DNA of 64,000 bases from Nibricoccus sp. (GTDB lineage Bacteria > Verrucomicrobiota > Verrucomicrobiia > Opitutales > Opitutaceae). The translations under genes were made by a program, and so were the position numbers. This document shows, one piece after another, positions 22,046 through 33,467 of the stretch. The stretch is from assembly GCA_047602425.1 (NCBI GenBank), contig JASGHG010000001.1, positions 4,224,001-4,288,000 of the forward strand. Reading direction: 5' to 3'. Position 1 is the stretch's first letter. Each line of letters opens with the position of its first letter. The notes below the pieces were generated by a model. The model did no database searches. It was given only the letters and a program-made list of their open reading frames with translations, and was not told the DNA's origin.

Positions 22046-23815
22046 TTATTTGAGGATCATGTCCTTCACCGTTTTGCCGGCGGGAATCATCGGCAGGACG
22101 TGCTCGGTATAAGGCACGATCACGTCGAGCAGGTAAGGGCCATTGTGGTCGAGCATTTCCTGGATTGCTTCGCGGAGTTCGCTCTTTTTGACGACACGAC
22201 GGCCTTTCACGCCGAAACCTTCGGCGATTTTGACGAAGTTGGGATACAGGCCGTCGATGTTTTCGGGGCCACCGATGTTGTTTTCGTCGCCGAGTATCGT
22301 GTTGCCGCGGACGCTGCCGTAAAAACGGTCTTCCCATTGCACCACCATGCCGAGGTGCTGGTTGTTGAGGATCATCGCTTTTGCGGCAATCTTCTCGATG
22401 GCGGCGGTGGCGAGTTCCTGGATGTTCATCATGAAGGAACCGTCGCCGTCGATGTCGATGACTTGGCGGTCCGGGCAAGCGACCTTGGCGCCGAGCGCGG
22501 CTGGATAACCGAAGCCCATCGCACCGAGGCCGAGTGAGCTGAGGTAGCGTCGCGACTTGTTGAAATCGTAGAACTGGGCGGCCCACATCTGATGCTGGCC
22601 GACGCCTGTGGCGATGATCGCGTCGCCCTTGGTCAACTCGTAGAGCATGCGGACAGCCTCCTGCGGGACAATGTGCTTGCTCGGTTCGTAGCTGAATGGG
22701 AAATCTTTTTTCCACTTGGCGATTTGTTCGTGCCAGGGCTGGGTGTCGGGTGCCTTGAATTTGGCGGTGGCGAGCAGTTTGTTCAGCCGGGCGAGCGCGT
22801 ATTTGACGTCGGAACAAATGGGGAATGCGACCCGCTTGTTTTTATTGTGCTCGGAAGCGTCGATGTCGATGTGGACGATTTTTGCGCCGACGGCGAATTT
22901 GCTAGTGTCGCCAGTGATGCGATCGTCGAAGCGCGCGGCAAGGCAGAGCACGAGGTCGGCCTGGTCGACCGCCCAGTTTCCGTACGCTGATCCATGCATG
23001 CCGAACCATTTCATGGAGAGAGGATGCGACTCAGGGAAGGCACCGACGCCCATCAGGGTGGTGGCGACAGGGATGTTGGTGGTCTCGGCAAATTTCCTCA
23101 GGTCGCCCATCGCTTCGGCGGAAATGATGCCGCCGCCAACATAGAGGACGGGACGCCTGGCCTCGGCGATGAGCGAAATGACTTTTTTCAATTCGTCATC
23201 GGTGGCGAAAAACTGTGGATTGGCGTAGGCGCTGCGGAACTGAACGCCTTCTGGAAACACGGGCGTGAAGCGTGCTTGTTGCACGTCCTTCGGAATATCG
23301 ATCACAACGGGGCCGGGCCGGCCGCTCCGCGCGAGGTGGAAGGCTTCCTTGAAGATGCGCGGCAGGTCATGCACGTTCATCACGAGGTAAGAGTGTTTCA
23401 CGATCGGCAGGGTCATGCCGAAGAAATCAGTCTCCTGAAACGCGCTTTTTCCGATGAATTTTGAAAAGACTTGGCCGGTGATCGCGACCATGGGGATCGA
23501 ATCCATGTAGGCGTCGGCGATGGCGGAAACGAGATTGGTGGCGCCGGGGCCGCTGGTGGCCATGCACACGCCAACGCGGCCTGAAGCGCGGGCGTAGCCT
23601 TCGGCGGCGAACGATCCACCTTGTTCGTGGCGGGGAAGAATGACGCGAATTTTATCGGTGCGTGCGAGTGCCTGATGCAGTTCCTGCGAGGCGCCGCCGG
23701 GATACGCAAAAATCACATCAACATCTTCGCGGATAAGGCACTGGACGACGGCGTCGGCACCTTTCATTTCCGTGACAGCGGGAGTTTTAGCGGTAGAGGC
23801 GGTGGCTTTTTTCAT
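22046..23815 (-). CDS. ilvB: Acetolactate synthase large subunit, biosynthetic type
   Basis: [44 protein letters not shown] motif GDGSFMMN...LNN. Confidence 0.97.
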   Translation of the reverse strand: MKKATASTAKTPAVTEMKGADAVVQCLIREDVDVIFAYPGGASQELHQALARTDKIRVILPRHEQGGSFAAEGYARASGRVGVCMATSGPGATNLVSAIADAYMDSIPMVAITGQVFSKFIGKSAFQETDFFGMTLPIVKHSYLVMNVHDLPRIFKEAFHLARSGRPGPVVIDIPKDVQQARFTPVFPEGVQFRSAYANPQFFATDDELKKVISLIAEARRPVLYVGGGIISAEAMGDLRKFAETTNIPVATTLMGVGAFPESHPLSMKWFGMHGSAYGNWAVDQADLVLCLAARFDDRITGDTSKFAVGAKIVHIDIDASEHNKNKRVAFPICSDVKYALARLNKLLATAKFKAPDTQPWHEQIAKWKKDFPFSYEPSKHIVPQEAVRMLYELTKGDAIIATGVGQHQMWAAQFYDFNKSRRYLSSLGLGAMGFGYPAALGAKVACPDRQVIDIDGDGSFMMNIQELATAAIEKIAAKAMILNNQHLGMVVQWEDRFYGSVRGNTILGDENNIGGPENIDGLYPNFVKIAEGFGVKGRRVVKKSELREAIQEMLDHNGPYLLDVIVPYTEHVLPMIPAGKTVKDMILK

Positions 23816-23987
23816 GGATGTGACGGGCAAAAATGAAGGGCAATACAAAGCTCCGCCTCTCAGGAGAGGCAAGCGCGGAAACCGGATTTACCCGTAGTGA
23901 TTCAGTCCCCGTGCAACCGAAAGACCGAACTGTTGGTTTTGGCCCCTCTCCGCAGCCCTCCGGCAAACGTCTGCCAGCCTCGGAAGG

Positions 23988-24104
23988 TTTGTCATCCATT
24001 AAATGACAAAGGTCCGGTAAACCGACGAAATGACGCGTGGAGGCGAAGGTTGCGGGTATCTGAATGGTTGTCATTTAATAGATGACATACCAGTTTGATA
24101 GGTA
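23988..24104. promoter_or_regulatory. Two palindromic operator-like sites TGTCAT-N7-ATGACA plus an adjacent TACC-N9-GGTA dyad
   Basis: Sites at 23990-24008 and 24069-24087 are inverted copies of each other (1 mismatch in 19); they lie between divergent ilvB and ymdB-like genes. Confidence 0.6.
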
Positions 24105-24246
24105 CAATGGCATCTTTGATGCCGAGCGGGGTTTTGCGAGGGGCAAAAAAGAAACGCTGTGGATTGAGGGGGGTTGGCCACGGCGGTAAGTGGATGGGCA
24201 ATGTGATTGCGGTTGCACTTGGGCGGGGGGAGGCGGAGCCTGCGGC

Positions 24247-25035
24247 ATGCTGAAATTTTTGTTCATCGGTGACATTGTTGGGCGGCCGGGCCGCGAGATC
24301 GTGGTTGAGCGCCTGCGCCGACTAAGGTCTGAGCGCGGCATCGATCTTGTGATCGCCAACGCCGAGAATGCCGCTGCCGGATCGGGTGTGACCGGAGCGA
24401 TTGCGAAGGAGTTGCTGGCCTCCGGAGTGGATGCGATCACGCTGGGCGATCACGTATGGGACCAGAAAGGTTGGGAGAGTGAGATCAACAGTTTCGAACG
24501 AGTGTGCCGTCCGGCGAATCTACCCTCGGTGTGCCCGGGGAGGGATCATGTGGTCGTCGAGGCGAAAGGATTTCGTTTGGCGGTTTTTACGGTTTTGGGG
24601 CGTCAATATCTCGGCACGAAAGCGGATTGTCCTTTTCTTTGCGCCGACCGGATGCTCGGTCAACTCGATGGGCTTGCCGATGGCGCGATGGTAGAGATTC
24701 ACGCCGAGGCGACTTCAGAAAAGCAGGCATTGGGCTGGCACCTCGACGGGAGGTCGCTGGCGGTGCTCGGCACGCATACGCACGTGCCGACGGCCGATGC
24801 GGCAGTGCTGCCGAATGGCACGGCGTTCATGTGCGATGTGGGCATGACCGGTCCTTACGCGAGTGTGCTCGGTCGTGAAGTGAAGCCCGTGATCGGACGG
24901 TTTTTGGACGGCATGCCCCGGCGTTTCGAAATTGCCGAAAAGGACGTGCGCCTATCGGGTGCGTTGGTCGAGTTCGATCCAGAAACGCGCAAGGCCGTCA
25001 AATGCGAGTTGCTGGTGATCAGGCGGAATAATTGA
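24247..25035 (+). CDS. YmdB/TIGR00282-family metallophosphoesterase
   Basis: [54 protein letters not shown]. Confidence 0.95.
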   Translation: MLKFLFIGDIVGRPGREIVVERLRRLRSERGIDLVIANAENAAAGSGVTGAIAKELLASGVDAITLGDHVWDQKGWESEINSFERVCRPANLPSVCPGRDHVVVEAKGFRLAVFTVLGRQYLGTKADCPFLCADRMLGQLDGLADGAMVEIHAEATSEKQALGWHLDGRSLAVLGTHTHVPTADAAVLPNGTAFMCDVGMTGPYASVLGREVKPVIGRFLDGMPRRFEIAEKDVRLSGALVEFDPETRKAVKCELLVIRRNN

Positions 25036-25166
25036 GCGCCAAGGCCTGAACCTAATCCATTTTACAGGAGGAAACAGGGAAGCCGAAAATCCCGCAGCGG
25101 CAAAGATGCTGCGCGTGCGCAACCCCTGTTGCCGGCCGACATTGCAGCCACCAGCTATGGCCTTGG

Positions 25167-26705
25167 TTACTGTCCGGCCAGATTGATGTTATAGCGTGGG
25201 AGGGAGCTGCCTTCGAGTTTGGCGAGGTCGGCGTAGGCGAAGCGGAGGTTCACCTTTGCCTGAAGCGCGTTGACGCGAGCGGCGTCGAGTTCGGCCTGGG
25301 ACTGTTGCACAAAACGGAAGGTGGAAAGGCCTGCTTCGTAACGGGCTTTTTCCTGCTCGAACTGTTTTTGGCTGAGCTCAAGCGCGAGGGCGGTGATGCG
25401 GACGTTTTCGAGACTGGTCTCGACGGCGCGGATGGCCGTGCGGACTTGGACGAGGATATTTTGCTCGATGAACTGAAGGCGCGTTTGTTCGCGGGTGAGA
25501 GCGATCTGGGCGTTGCGATACCGGGCGGATTCGGCGCGGAGTCCCCATGGCATGGTTACGGAAAGATCAAGCTGCCAGTTGTAGCCTTTGCCGTCCCAGA
25601 CGTTGGTGGAGGCGCGGGAGTACGAATTTTCCTTGCTGGCCTGTCCGACCTGACCCGTGAGATCGACCTGGGGGAGGCGGGCGTTTTTGGTGGTTTTGAC
25701 GTCGAGCTTGAATTGCTCGATGGCGAGGGTGGAGGAAAGAATGTCCGGTTGATTGTCGCGGGCGAGCTTGAAGGAACGATCGAAGGAAACGACGGGCGCG
25801 GCTTCCTCGCTGAAGCGAACCTGACCGGGCGGTTGATCGAATTCGAAACGGCCGATGAGCTGCATGAGCGCGTCTTCGCTGTTGCGTACGGTTTGGTTAG
25901 CGAGAACGAGATCGCGCTGGGCATTGGCGACGCCGACTTCGGATTGGAGGACTTCGAGATCCGTGGCGACGCCGGTGGCGCGACGGGCTCGGTTTTCTTC
26001 AAGGAGTTTCTGGGCGACCTCGAGGGAAAAACGGCGGACTTCGCGTTGTTCGCGGGCGAAGACGAGGTTGTAGTAAGCGGACTCGACGCTGCGCACAACG
26101 GTGAGCACGGTGCTCTTCAGGTCATAATTGGAACGACCGAGGCCAAGCTTGGCGCGTTCGATGGCGGCGCGATTTACGCCCGTGCCCGCACCTTTGAGCA
26201 GCGGCTGCCTGACGACGAGGCCGACGTTGCCGGTATAGGCTGGGTTGAGACCGGAGGACACGACGGGTTTGCGGTAGTTGCGGTCTAATACACCGGTGGC
26301 GGTGACGGTCGCGCCGGTGACGACCCTTTGAGCGACCGAAGCACGGGTGTCATCAGAAGTGCTTTTGGTGGAAAGGGAATTTTGAGAAGTCGTCGTGACG
26401 GCCCCGGTCACCGGATCGGTGGTGGTGATGATGGTCGTGTCCGGTGCGGTTTTGTTGAACGAGCGACTGGTTTCCAAGCTCAACGTCGGATCGTAGATGG
26501 CCTTGGCGATCTGAACGTCGTTGGCCGCGCTGTCAGTGGTGAGACGCTGGAGACTGACATCGAAATTCTTTTCGAGAGCGCGGGCCACGCACTCTTCGAG
26601 CGTGAGTGGAGCGGGATTATCGGCCGCTGCGGTCTGCGCGTGAATGACGGGCAGGAATGAAGCAAAAACGAGTGACAGGGTGGCGAGGCGCGAGAAGAAC
26701 GTCAT
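25167..26705 (-). CDS. TolC-family outer membrane efflux protein
   Basis: Signal peptide; LTLEECVARALEKN, QPLLKG, VESAYYNL, ARYEAGLST repeats. Confidence 0.9.
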   Translation of the reverse strand: MTFFSRLATLSLVFASFLPVIHAQTAAADNPAPLTLEECVARALEKNFDVSLQRLTTDSAANDVQIAKAIYDPTLSLETSRSFNKTAPDTTIITTTDPVTGAVTTTSQNSLSTKSTSDDTRASVAQRVVTGATVTATGVLDRNYRKPVVSSGLNPAYTGNVGLVVRQPLLKGAGTGVNRAAIERAKLGLGRSNYDLKSTVLTVVRSVESAYYNLVFAREQREVRRFSLEVAQKLLEENRARRATGVATDLEVLQSEVGVANAQRDLVLANQTVRNSEDALMQLIGRFEFDQPPGQVRFSEEAAPVVSFDRSFKLARDNQPDILSSTLAIEQFKLDVKTTKNARLPQVDLTGQVGQASKENSYSRASTNVWDGKGYNWQLDLSVTMPWGLRAESARYRNAQIALTREQTRLQFIEQNILVQVRTAIRAVETSLENVRITALALELSQKQFEQEKARYEAGLSTFRFVQQSQAELDAARVNALQAKVNLRFAYADLAKLEGSSLPRYNINLAGQ

Positions 26706-26917
26706 GGATAAAGGAGGCACACGAGCTGGAGCTGAATAGAAAACACGGTGGATGTCGAAAAGTTACAGTTGTTTGCGGAGGGAATCGAGAATCGACCCGG
26801 GCGTTTCAACCATTTGCTATGACGCGGATGGTCATGAAAAGTTGCAACGCTTTCGCTGCCAAAGGGCGTAGTTCGGTCTCAAACGGCGGTGAATGCCGGT
26901 GGACGGTGGCGAGGCAC

Positions 26918-26947
26918 AAAAAAGGCGCGAGTTGAATCGCGCCTTTT
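26918..26947 (-). terminator. Rho-independent terminator downstream of the PpiD-like gene
   Basis: Stem AAGGCGCGA/TCGCGCCTT with T run on the minus strand. Confidence 0.8.
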
Positions 26948-26976
26948 CGAACTAATCAGAAGCGTTAAAGAGGACT

Positions 26977-28608
26977 TTACTTGCGGACGGCGGGAGCGCT
27001 TTTCGCGAGTTCTTTTTCGATAATTTCGTTCAGGTACTCGGCGCTGCTGCGCGCGGCGTTGGCGCGGGCCATTTGGGTTTGGAAGACCTTATATTGCGGA
27101 TTGGCCTCGGTGAGTTCGGGAACTTTTTTATCGGCGGCGTAAACGATCAAACCTTTGTCTGCCCCGACGGCCATTTCGGAAACGGCGCCTTTGTTGAGAT
27201 TTTGCAGCGCGCTGTAAGCGAGATAATCGAGGTCTTGTGGACGCTGGCGGAGGGTAAATGGCGCGAGGGTCTTGGACTCGACTTTGGTGGCGGCGGTGGC
27301 GCTGGAATTGGCGACGGCTTTCTCGAAGGTATCGCCGGCTTTGAGACGGGATTCGATCTGGGTACGAATGGCTTTGCCGAGTTCGACGAAACGTTTGCGT
27401 TTTTCCTGTTCGACGTAATCAGCGGTGACCTTGGCCTTCACTTCAGCAAGCTCCGGCTGGCGGGCGGGAATCATTTTGTCGAGGAAGAGGACCACGCCGC
27501 CAGTGCTCAGGCCGATCGCGTCGGAAATGGGACGCTCGGGAGTGAGCTTGAACGCGGCTTCAGCGGCATCGCGGCTGCGGCCGAGCTCAACCGGCGGTTC
27601 GTCGACGGAGAAAGGCGCGAGATCGCGGAGTTTGATTTTGTTGGCGACAAGGTATTCTTCGAACGCGGGTGTGCCGGGTTGCAGTTTTTTGTTGTCGAGG
27701 GCGAGGCTGAAGTCGGCCGCCGCTTTGGTGGCGAGGCGCGCAGCGCGTTCGACGCGGTAGGCGAGCTCAACCTGAAGGCGGGAAGACTCGAAATTAGGAG
27801 CAGGGGCAGGTTGTTTGGGATCGGCTTTGGGATCGGCCTTGGCGAAACGGGCGGGATTGGCGTCAAAGTAGGCTTTGAGTTCCGCTTCAGTAGCCGTGAC
27901 TTTGTCGAGATAGGCGGCGGCCGAGAAATCGGCAATGCGAACGCTGACCAGCGGGGGGATTTGGTAGTTCCCGGAAAAGTCGGCAAAGAATTTTGCAATG
28001 TCGGCGTCGGACGGCGTGATGGTCGGCGAAAAGGCTTTGTAATCGACGGTGGCAACGCCGAGGGTCCAGCTGGTTTCAGCGAGTTCGAGTTGTTTTTTGA
28101 CGTCCTGCGGCTGCACGAAACCGGGGCCTCCGAGAAGGGTGGCAACACGCTCGATGCGGAAATCGTCCTCGATGACGCGGCGGACCAGGGCTTCCTGGTT
28201 GCTCTTGCGGATGTCGGCTTGGAAGCGGTTGTAAGCGTTGGCGTCGAATTCGCCTTTTTCGTTGGCGAAGGCCGGAATGGTTTTCAGGTAATCCTTGAGC
28301 TCGGTGGCCGTCGGGCGCGGAAGATTGAGCTGGTTGGCGAGGGCGAGGGCACCTAAGCGGGCGAGGGGGTTCGTGTTTTCCTGACGGAGGAAACTGCTGA
28401 GTTGGGCTTCGCGCGCGATGGGCGCCATGTCGCTTTCGGAGGCGAGATTGTAGCCGAAAAAGGGGCGGCTCGAGATCCTCCGATCGGCGCGGCCGACTCC
28501 GGCTGATTGATTGTAGACGAGCACGAGTGGAACCGCCATCGCCAGCAGGACGAGCAGGAAGACGAGTTTGAAGTGCTGTTGGAAATATTTCTGAATCCAG
28601 GAAATCAT
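26977..28608 (-). CDS. PpiD/SurA-like periplasmic chaperone (peptidylprolyl isomerase-like)
   Basis: N-terminal TM anchor; IPAFANEKGEFDANAY SurA-N-like motif; AEVKAKVTADY. Confidence 0.75.
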   Translation of the reverse strand: MISWIQKYFQQHFKLVFLLVLLAMAVPLVLVYNQSAGVGRADRRISSRPFFGYNLASESDMAPIAREAQLSSFLRQENTNPLARLGALALANQLNLPRPTATELKDYLKTIPAFANEKGEFDANAYNRFQADIRKSNQEALVRRVIEDDFRIERVATLLGGPGFVQPQDVKKQLELAETSWTLGVATVDYKAFSPTITPSDADIAKFFADFSGNYQIPPLVSVRIADFSAAAYLDKVTATEAELKAYFDANPARFAKADPKADPKQPAPAPNFESSRLQVELAYRVERAARLATKAAADFSLALDNKKLQPGTPAFEEYLVANKIKLRDLAPFSVDEPPVELGRSRDAAEAAFKLTPERPISDAIGLSTGGVVLFLDKMIPARQPELAEVKAKVTADYVEQEKRKRFVELGKAIRTQIESRLKAGDTFEKAVANSSATAATKVESKTLAPFTLRQRPQDLDYLAYSALQNLNKGAVSEMAVGADKGLIVYAADKKVPELTEANPQYKVFQTQMARANAARSSAEYLNEIIEKELAKSAPAVRK

Positions 28609-28756
28609 GGGGAAACTGGCGACGCTAGGGCGGAGGCGGGGCCTGTCAATGGGGGAGTCACGCGAGTCGCACGCTATTTTTGAGCTGCCAGCCGGTTATT
28701 AGGCGGTTGCTTTGGAGGCAGGGCTTTGGTGGGGTTGGGGCCTACTTTTATATCCC

Positions 28757-29302
28757 ATGAAAAAATCGTTTCGTTTTGCACTGTCGTTGTTGCTGCTCGG
28801 ACTCTTCGTGTTGCCCGCAGGACTCTCCGCACGCGAAAAAAAGGATTACAAGGTGCAGGTGGTGATCGACCGCGGCTTGGAAGGAAAAACGCAGGATGAG
28901 CAAAATCAGCTTAACCAAGTCGGCGAACGGCTTGAAGCGTACGTGATCGAGATTTTTAAGGATAATGGCGTGACCGCCACGATGATTCCCTCTCGCGACA
29001 AGTTCGACCCCGCCGTCGCACCATATCTCTTGATCGTGAAAATGGTTCGCTACAACGCAGGCAGCAAAGCGACCCGCATGGTCGTTGGCTTTGGCGCGGG
29101 CGCCGCATCCCTCGACATTCATTACGAACTATTCGGTGCGGAAAAAGATCCATTGTTGACGAAGGACCATGGCCGCGGTTCATCCCGGGACTGGACTTAT
29201 GTTTGCAGGACGCTCGGCAAAGACATCTACAAGGACGTCGATGCCGCGATCTCGGCGAAGAAAGAGCCCTCCAAGCCAGCGCCCACGGAAAAGGCGAAGT
29301 AA
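28757..29302 (+). CDS. Secreted DUF4410-like protein
   Basis: Signal peptide; RYNAGSKATRMVVGFGAGAASL motif. Confidence 0.75.
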   Translation: MKKSFRFALSLLLLGLFVLPAGLSAREKKDYKVQVVIDRGLEGKTQDEQNQLNQVGERLEAYVIEIFKDNGVTATMIPSRDKFDPAVAPYLLIVKMVRYNAGSKATRMVVGFGAGAASLDIHYELFGAEKDPLLTKDHGRGSSRDWTYVCRTLGKDIYKDVDAAISAKKEPSKPAPTEKAK

Positions 29303-29360
29303 GCACGAGCTCGCAGCAAATCGTCGCTGGCGGTCCCGCGCATTCGCTTAACCGCCGAAT

Positions 29361-30806
29361 CTAGACGGTGCTCTTTCCATTATTGGAAGGATTTTCCGCG
29401 AAGAGCTGTTCCAGCGTGCGGGTGAAGAACGTTTCTTCTTCCTGCGACTTCAACGTGTCGTGATAACGGGTAAGCACGGGATCGAGACGGGCCAGGGCTT
29501 CGCCTGCCGGGTCCTCGCCGTGATGTTCGAAGCGATGCTTGAAATCCCCCAGCGTGATGCGATTGAGCGGTCTCGCGGGCTGGTAATGATAGTCCTGGGC
29601 ATTGGTTTCGGCGCCGGGAGGGACGAGGGTGACGAGTTGGAGATCGACCAAGCGGTTGAGACACTCGTTGAGAATCTGGGTGGGAACCTTGATCGTGCCT
29701 CCGAGCTGTGCGACACCGCATGGCGGGAGGCAGGCTTGGAAGCGGCGGGCGATGGTCAACAGCACCGCAAGAGTCAGTCGTTCCCGCGTCGCCTCGGTGA
29801 GATTTCCCCAGGCGGCCTGACTGTTGCGGAAATGGACGTTTTGCACCGCGTAACTGATCTGGCCGCCAACCAGAATGAAGAGCCAAAAAACATAGAGGCC
29901 GAACATCAGGATCATCGGCAGCGCCAGCGAACCGTATAAATTGCGTGTGAGATCGACGCGGCGCAGATAGAAGAACGCCAAGAAATTATTCGCAACGAGA
30001 AGCAGGGCCACGAGCAGAGCGCCGATCAGGGCCGCGCGCCAGAAGACTTGGGTGTTGGGAATGTATCGGTAAAACACCGTGAGGATCCCGATCAACAGGG
30101 CGATGGAAAACGCGGGCAGCGTCAAAGTGAGCAAGTCCGTCATGCCCGGCGTAAGGTGCAGGTTGTCGCGAAAAAATCCCACGAAGGCCGCCGTCGACAA
30201 CATGCCGACGGCTCCGAAAAACACCACTGCGCCGAGGGTCAGAATCGTCCAATAAAAAACGATGCGCGTCAGCCACGAGCGTCCGCGGCGCACGCCCCAG
30301 ATGTCGTTGAAGACTTGCTCCACCGACGTGAACAAAAGCAGCACGATGACGATGATCGACACGATACTGATGACGCCGCCGGCGGCGCTGTGACGTGTCG
30401 CGGCGATGAAGCTATTGATAAGATTGACGAGCTCAGGATTGACCGAGACTTGTTCGCTTTGGCCAACCTGCGGTGCGGCGAATTTCAGCAATTCGCCGAT
30501 TTTGTTGGAAACGAGATCCGAGTTATCCTTGCCCACGGCAAAGCCCGCGATGAGCGCTGCGAGCCCAATCACCGGTCCGATGCCGAGCAGAGTACTGAAA
30601 CTGAGTGCGGCGGCCCGGCTGGTGATCCGCGTTTCTCCCATGCCGGTGATCGTGATCGAAATCACACGAAGCACGGCGTAAATGCGTCCGCGCAACGACC
30701 GGTCGTTTAACAACGCGGGTTGCCAGATGTCGCGGGTATAGAGGGTGATGAGGCGGCGGAGTCTTTGGCGCATCGTGCTCGAAAGAGGATGCCCGTCAAA
30801 ACGCAC
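29361..30806 (-). CDS. YihY/virulence factor BrkB family membrane protein with C-terminal winged-helix extension
   Basis: AAALSFSTLL, FNDIWGV, YRYIPNT, YGSLA, LVGGQI; C-terminal YQPARPLNRITL; alternative start 30773. Confidence 0.9.
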   Translation of the reverse strand: MRFDGHPLSSTMRQRLRRLITLYTRDIWQPALLNDRSLRGRIYAVLRVISITITGMGETRITSRAAALSFSTLLGIGPVIGLAALIAGFAVGKDNSDLVSNKIGELLKFAAPQVGQSEQVSVNPELVNLINSFIAATRHSAAGGVISIVSIIVIVLLLFTSVEQVFNDIWGVRRGRSWLTRIVFYWTILTLGAVVFFGAVGMLSTAAFVGFFRDNLHLTPGMTDLLTLTLPAFSIALLIGILTVFYRYIPNTQVFWRAALIGALLVALLLVANNFLAFFYLRRVDLTRNLYGSLALPMILMFGLYVFWLFILVGGQISYAVQNVHFRNSQAAWGNLTEATRERLTLAVLLTIARRFQACLPPCGVAQLGGTIKVPTQILNECLNRLVDLQLVTLVPPGAETNAQDYHYQPARPLNRITLGDFKHRFEHHGEDPAGEALARLDPVLTRYHDTLKSQEEETFFTRTLEQLFAENPSNNGKSTV

Positions 30807-30810
30807 CGCG

Positions 30811-31593
30811 TCAACCGATCAACATGTAATAGGCAAAAGCCGACATGCCCACTAATCCGATGCCGGAAAAAAGAGCGAGGGAGATGTAGTTGACCACGAC
30901 GGTGCTGACATACAGGCCCACCGCTCCAGCAGTGATCGTGGCGATCGGCACAACCTCGCCTTGACACCAGAAGAGGATGCCGAGGAAGCCCACGCCCAGC
31001 GCGCAGCGAAAACGGACGACCGGGTAAAGGCTCATTTCGCCGAGGAAGAGCAAGACCATCAGCGCCAGATCAAAAATGCCGAAGTAAACAAACGGATTTG
31101 CGAGCAACGTCTGGTAATCGAAAGCAACGATCTCGGTGATCGAAGGCACGAGCAGACCGCTCATGCTGAAAAATAGCATCATGATGCACGCATAGCGGCC
31201 GATGCGCGCGGCGCGTTCCATGGAAATGGTTTTGTCGCGCTTGTCCTTGGTTTCGGCAGTGCGACCCTCGGCTGCGGCCAGCATGTCGTTCACGCTGAGA
31301 GGCGGAGCCAAATCGGCGGCGGCATTCACGGATTCGATGCGGTCCTTCGGCTTGATGGTGAGGACGCGTTTATCCGGGAAAACGACCGCTTTGAGGTCGG
31401 CGTTGGCGCCGATGGCGATCCATTGTTCTGTACCTGCCTCGTAGTACAGGGTCTGTTGGTCAACCTTGCCTGCTTCGGCGAGGGAGACGAGTTGCTCCTG
31501 AGTGAAAGGTCCGTGTGCCTCGGTTTCAGAAGCGTTTCGGATATAAAATTCCTGCGTGGCCATTGGCTTGGAGACTGGTTCGGGGTTGGGCAT
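30811..31593 (-). CDS. Membrane protein with N-terminal GYF_2/DUF4339-like domain
   Basis: FYIR...HGPFTQEQLVSL...GTEQW followed by 4-5 TM helices; alternative start 31563. Confidence 0.7.
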   Translation of the reverse strand: MPNPEPVSKPMATQEFYIRNASETEAHGPFTQEQLVSLAEAGKVDQQTLYYEAGTEQWIAIGANADLKAVVFPDKRVLTIKPKDRIESVNAAADLAPPLSVNDMLAAAEGRTAETKDKRDKTISMERAARIGRYACIMMLFFSMSGLLVPSITEIVAFDYQTLLANPFVYFGIFDLALMVLLFLGEMSLYPVVRFRCALGVGFLGILFWCQGEVVPIATITAGAVGLYVSTVVVNYISLALFSGIGLVGMSAFAYYMLIG

Positions 31594-31679
31594 GCGGCAA
31601 GCGTATTGTCGCTCGCAGACAGGCGTGAACGCTCAGTGTACCATAGGTCTGCGCAGGAAAGTAAATTTTTATAAATCAG

Positions 31680-33467
31680 TTACATCCGCTGGAGCGTCCG
31701 CAAACCGAGCAAATGCAGTCCAGTTTCAAGAACGAGCAATGTGCGTGCGCACAACAGCAGGCGACGCGCACGAATCGGGAGATCGTCGACGAGGACTTTG
31801 TCGGCGTTGTTGAACGAGCTGTATTCCCCCGCGAGTTCAAAAAGGTAGAGACCGAGAAAATGCGGGCAAAGCGTATCGGTCGCCAAGCGCACGGCGTCGG
31901 GGAATTTGACGATTTTGTGGGCCAACGCGATCTCGGCTGGTGTCTCAAGGGAAGCGGCGGAGGCTTCGGAAGCCGCGTCGCCCGGCGTGGCGCCGGCCTT
32001 GCGGAAAATCGAATGAATGCGCGCCACGGCGTAGAGCAGATAGGGCGCTGTGTTGCCGTCGAGGCTGAGCATCTTGTCCCACGAAAAGACGTAGTTGCTG
32101 CTGCGATTTTGTGAAAGATCCGCGTATTGAACCGCGCCGACGCCGACGACGCGGGCGATTTCCCGACGTTCGTTTTCTGGGAGTTCGGGATTCTTTTCGC
32201 TGACAACCGCGAAGGCACGTTCTTCGGCTTCGTCGAGCAGGGCTTTCAACTTGATCGTGCCGCCGTCGCGGGTCTTGAGCGCTTTGCCATCTTCGCCGGT
32301 CACGGCGCCGAAACTAACGTGGTTGATAAATTTTTCGGCGAGCGCCTCAGGCATGTAGCCTTTGGCGGCGAACCATTTTTTAATCGCAAGGGAAAGCTGC
32401 TCGAAATGGTCGTTCTGGCGGAAATCCGTGACGATCACGACACCGGTGGCTTTGAAATGCTCCAGTCGATACAGCGCGGTCGCCAGATCAGTCGTGGCAT
32501 AGTTGCTCGCGCCATCGGTTTTGCGGATAATGAATGGTTGTTTCGCGAAGCGCGGATGCTCGGGATGGAAAATCACGAGCGCACCCTGACTTTCTTCGGC
32601 GAGCTTTAGCTCTGTCAACTCGTTGTAGACACGGTCGAGCTTGTCGTTATAAAAACTTTCGCCGAGGTAATGGTCGAATTTGATGCCGAGGCGCGTGTAA
32701 ATGCTGTCGAACGCGCGCTGGCTGACCTCGGTGAATTTTTTCCACAGCGCGAGATTCTCGGGATCGCCATTTTGTAGTTTGACGAGTTCCTGGCGCGCTT
32801 CCTCAAGGGCCGGAGACCCCTCGGGCGTGGCATCGTTGCCGGCTTTATATAGGCGCTCAAGTTCCTCGATCGGTTCGCGTTCGAGCGCGGCGGCATCAGC
32901 CCAACGCTTGTATCCATAAATCAACTTCCCGAACTGCGTGCCCCAGTCGCCGAGGTGATTGTCGCGAATGACATTTGCCCCGGTGAAGGCCAGCATGCGG
33001 CAAAGCGCTTCGCCGATCACCGCGGAGCGCAGATGTCCCACGTGCATTTGCTTCGCGGTGTTGGGCGAAGAATAATCGACCACGTAGGTTTTTCCCGCGC
33101 GGCTGGCGGCGAACGAAGCTTGGGCGGCCCCAGCTTTGAGCTGTTCGCCATTCGCGAAAGCACGCAACCATTCGAGCAACGCGGCGGGCTTCAGAGTGAA
33201 ATTGATAAAGCCAGGACCGGCGATTGTGACATCGAAACGTTCGCGTGTGGCGGCATCGAGCGCTCCGACGAGTTTTTCGGCGAGGGCGCGGGGATTTTGT
33301 TTCTCGCGCTTGGCATAGGCGAGCAAGCCATTGGCTTGAAAATCACCGTGCTTGGGATCGGCGGTGCGCACTTCAGGTGCGAAGCGATTGCCATCGAGCG
33401 CGATGGTTTTGGCTGCGGAAAACATGGCCGCTTCGACATCGGCCGCGAGATTGAACGATACCTGCAT
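31680..33467 (-). CDS. argS: Arginine--tRNA ligase
   Basis: GDFQAN, AGPGFINF, DYSSPNTAKQMHVGHLRS, GDWGTQFG, GNTAPYLLYAVARI. Confidence 0.98.
   Translation of the reverse strand: MQVSFNLAADVEAAMFSAAKTIALDGNRFAPEVRTADPKHGDFQANGLLAYAKREKQNPRALAEKLVGALDAATRERFDVTIAGPGFINFTLKPAALLEWLRAFANGEQLKAGAAQASFAASRAGKTYVVDYSSPNTAKQMHVGHLRSAVIGEALCRMLAFTGANVIRDNHLGDWGTQFGKLIYGYKRWADAAALEREPIEELERLYKAGNDATPEGSPALEEARQELVKLQNGDPENLALWKKFTEVSQRAFDSIYTRLGIKFDHYLGESFYNDKLDRVYNELTELKLAEESQGALVIFHPEHPRFAKQPFIIRKTDGASNYATTDLATALYRLEHFKATGVVIVTDFRQNDHFEQLSLAIKKWFAAKGYMPEALAEKFINHVSFGAVTGEDGKALKTRDGGTIKLKALLDEAEERAFAVVSEKNPELPENERREIARVVGVGAVQYADLSQNRSSNYVFSWDKMLSLDGNTAPYLLYAVARIHSIFRKAGATPGDAASEASAASLETPAEIALAHKIVKFPDAVRLATDTLCPHFLGLYLFELAGEYSSFNNADKVLVDDLPIRARRLLLCARTLLVLETGLHLLGLRTLQRM

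Noticed and set aside
23787..24074. 95-aa ORF upstream of ilvB as an attenuator leader peptide
   Set aside because: No run of Ile/Leu/Val codons and no U-tailed terminator before ilvB
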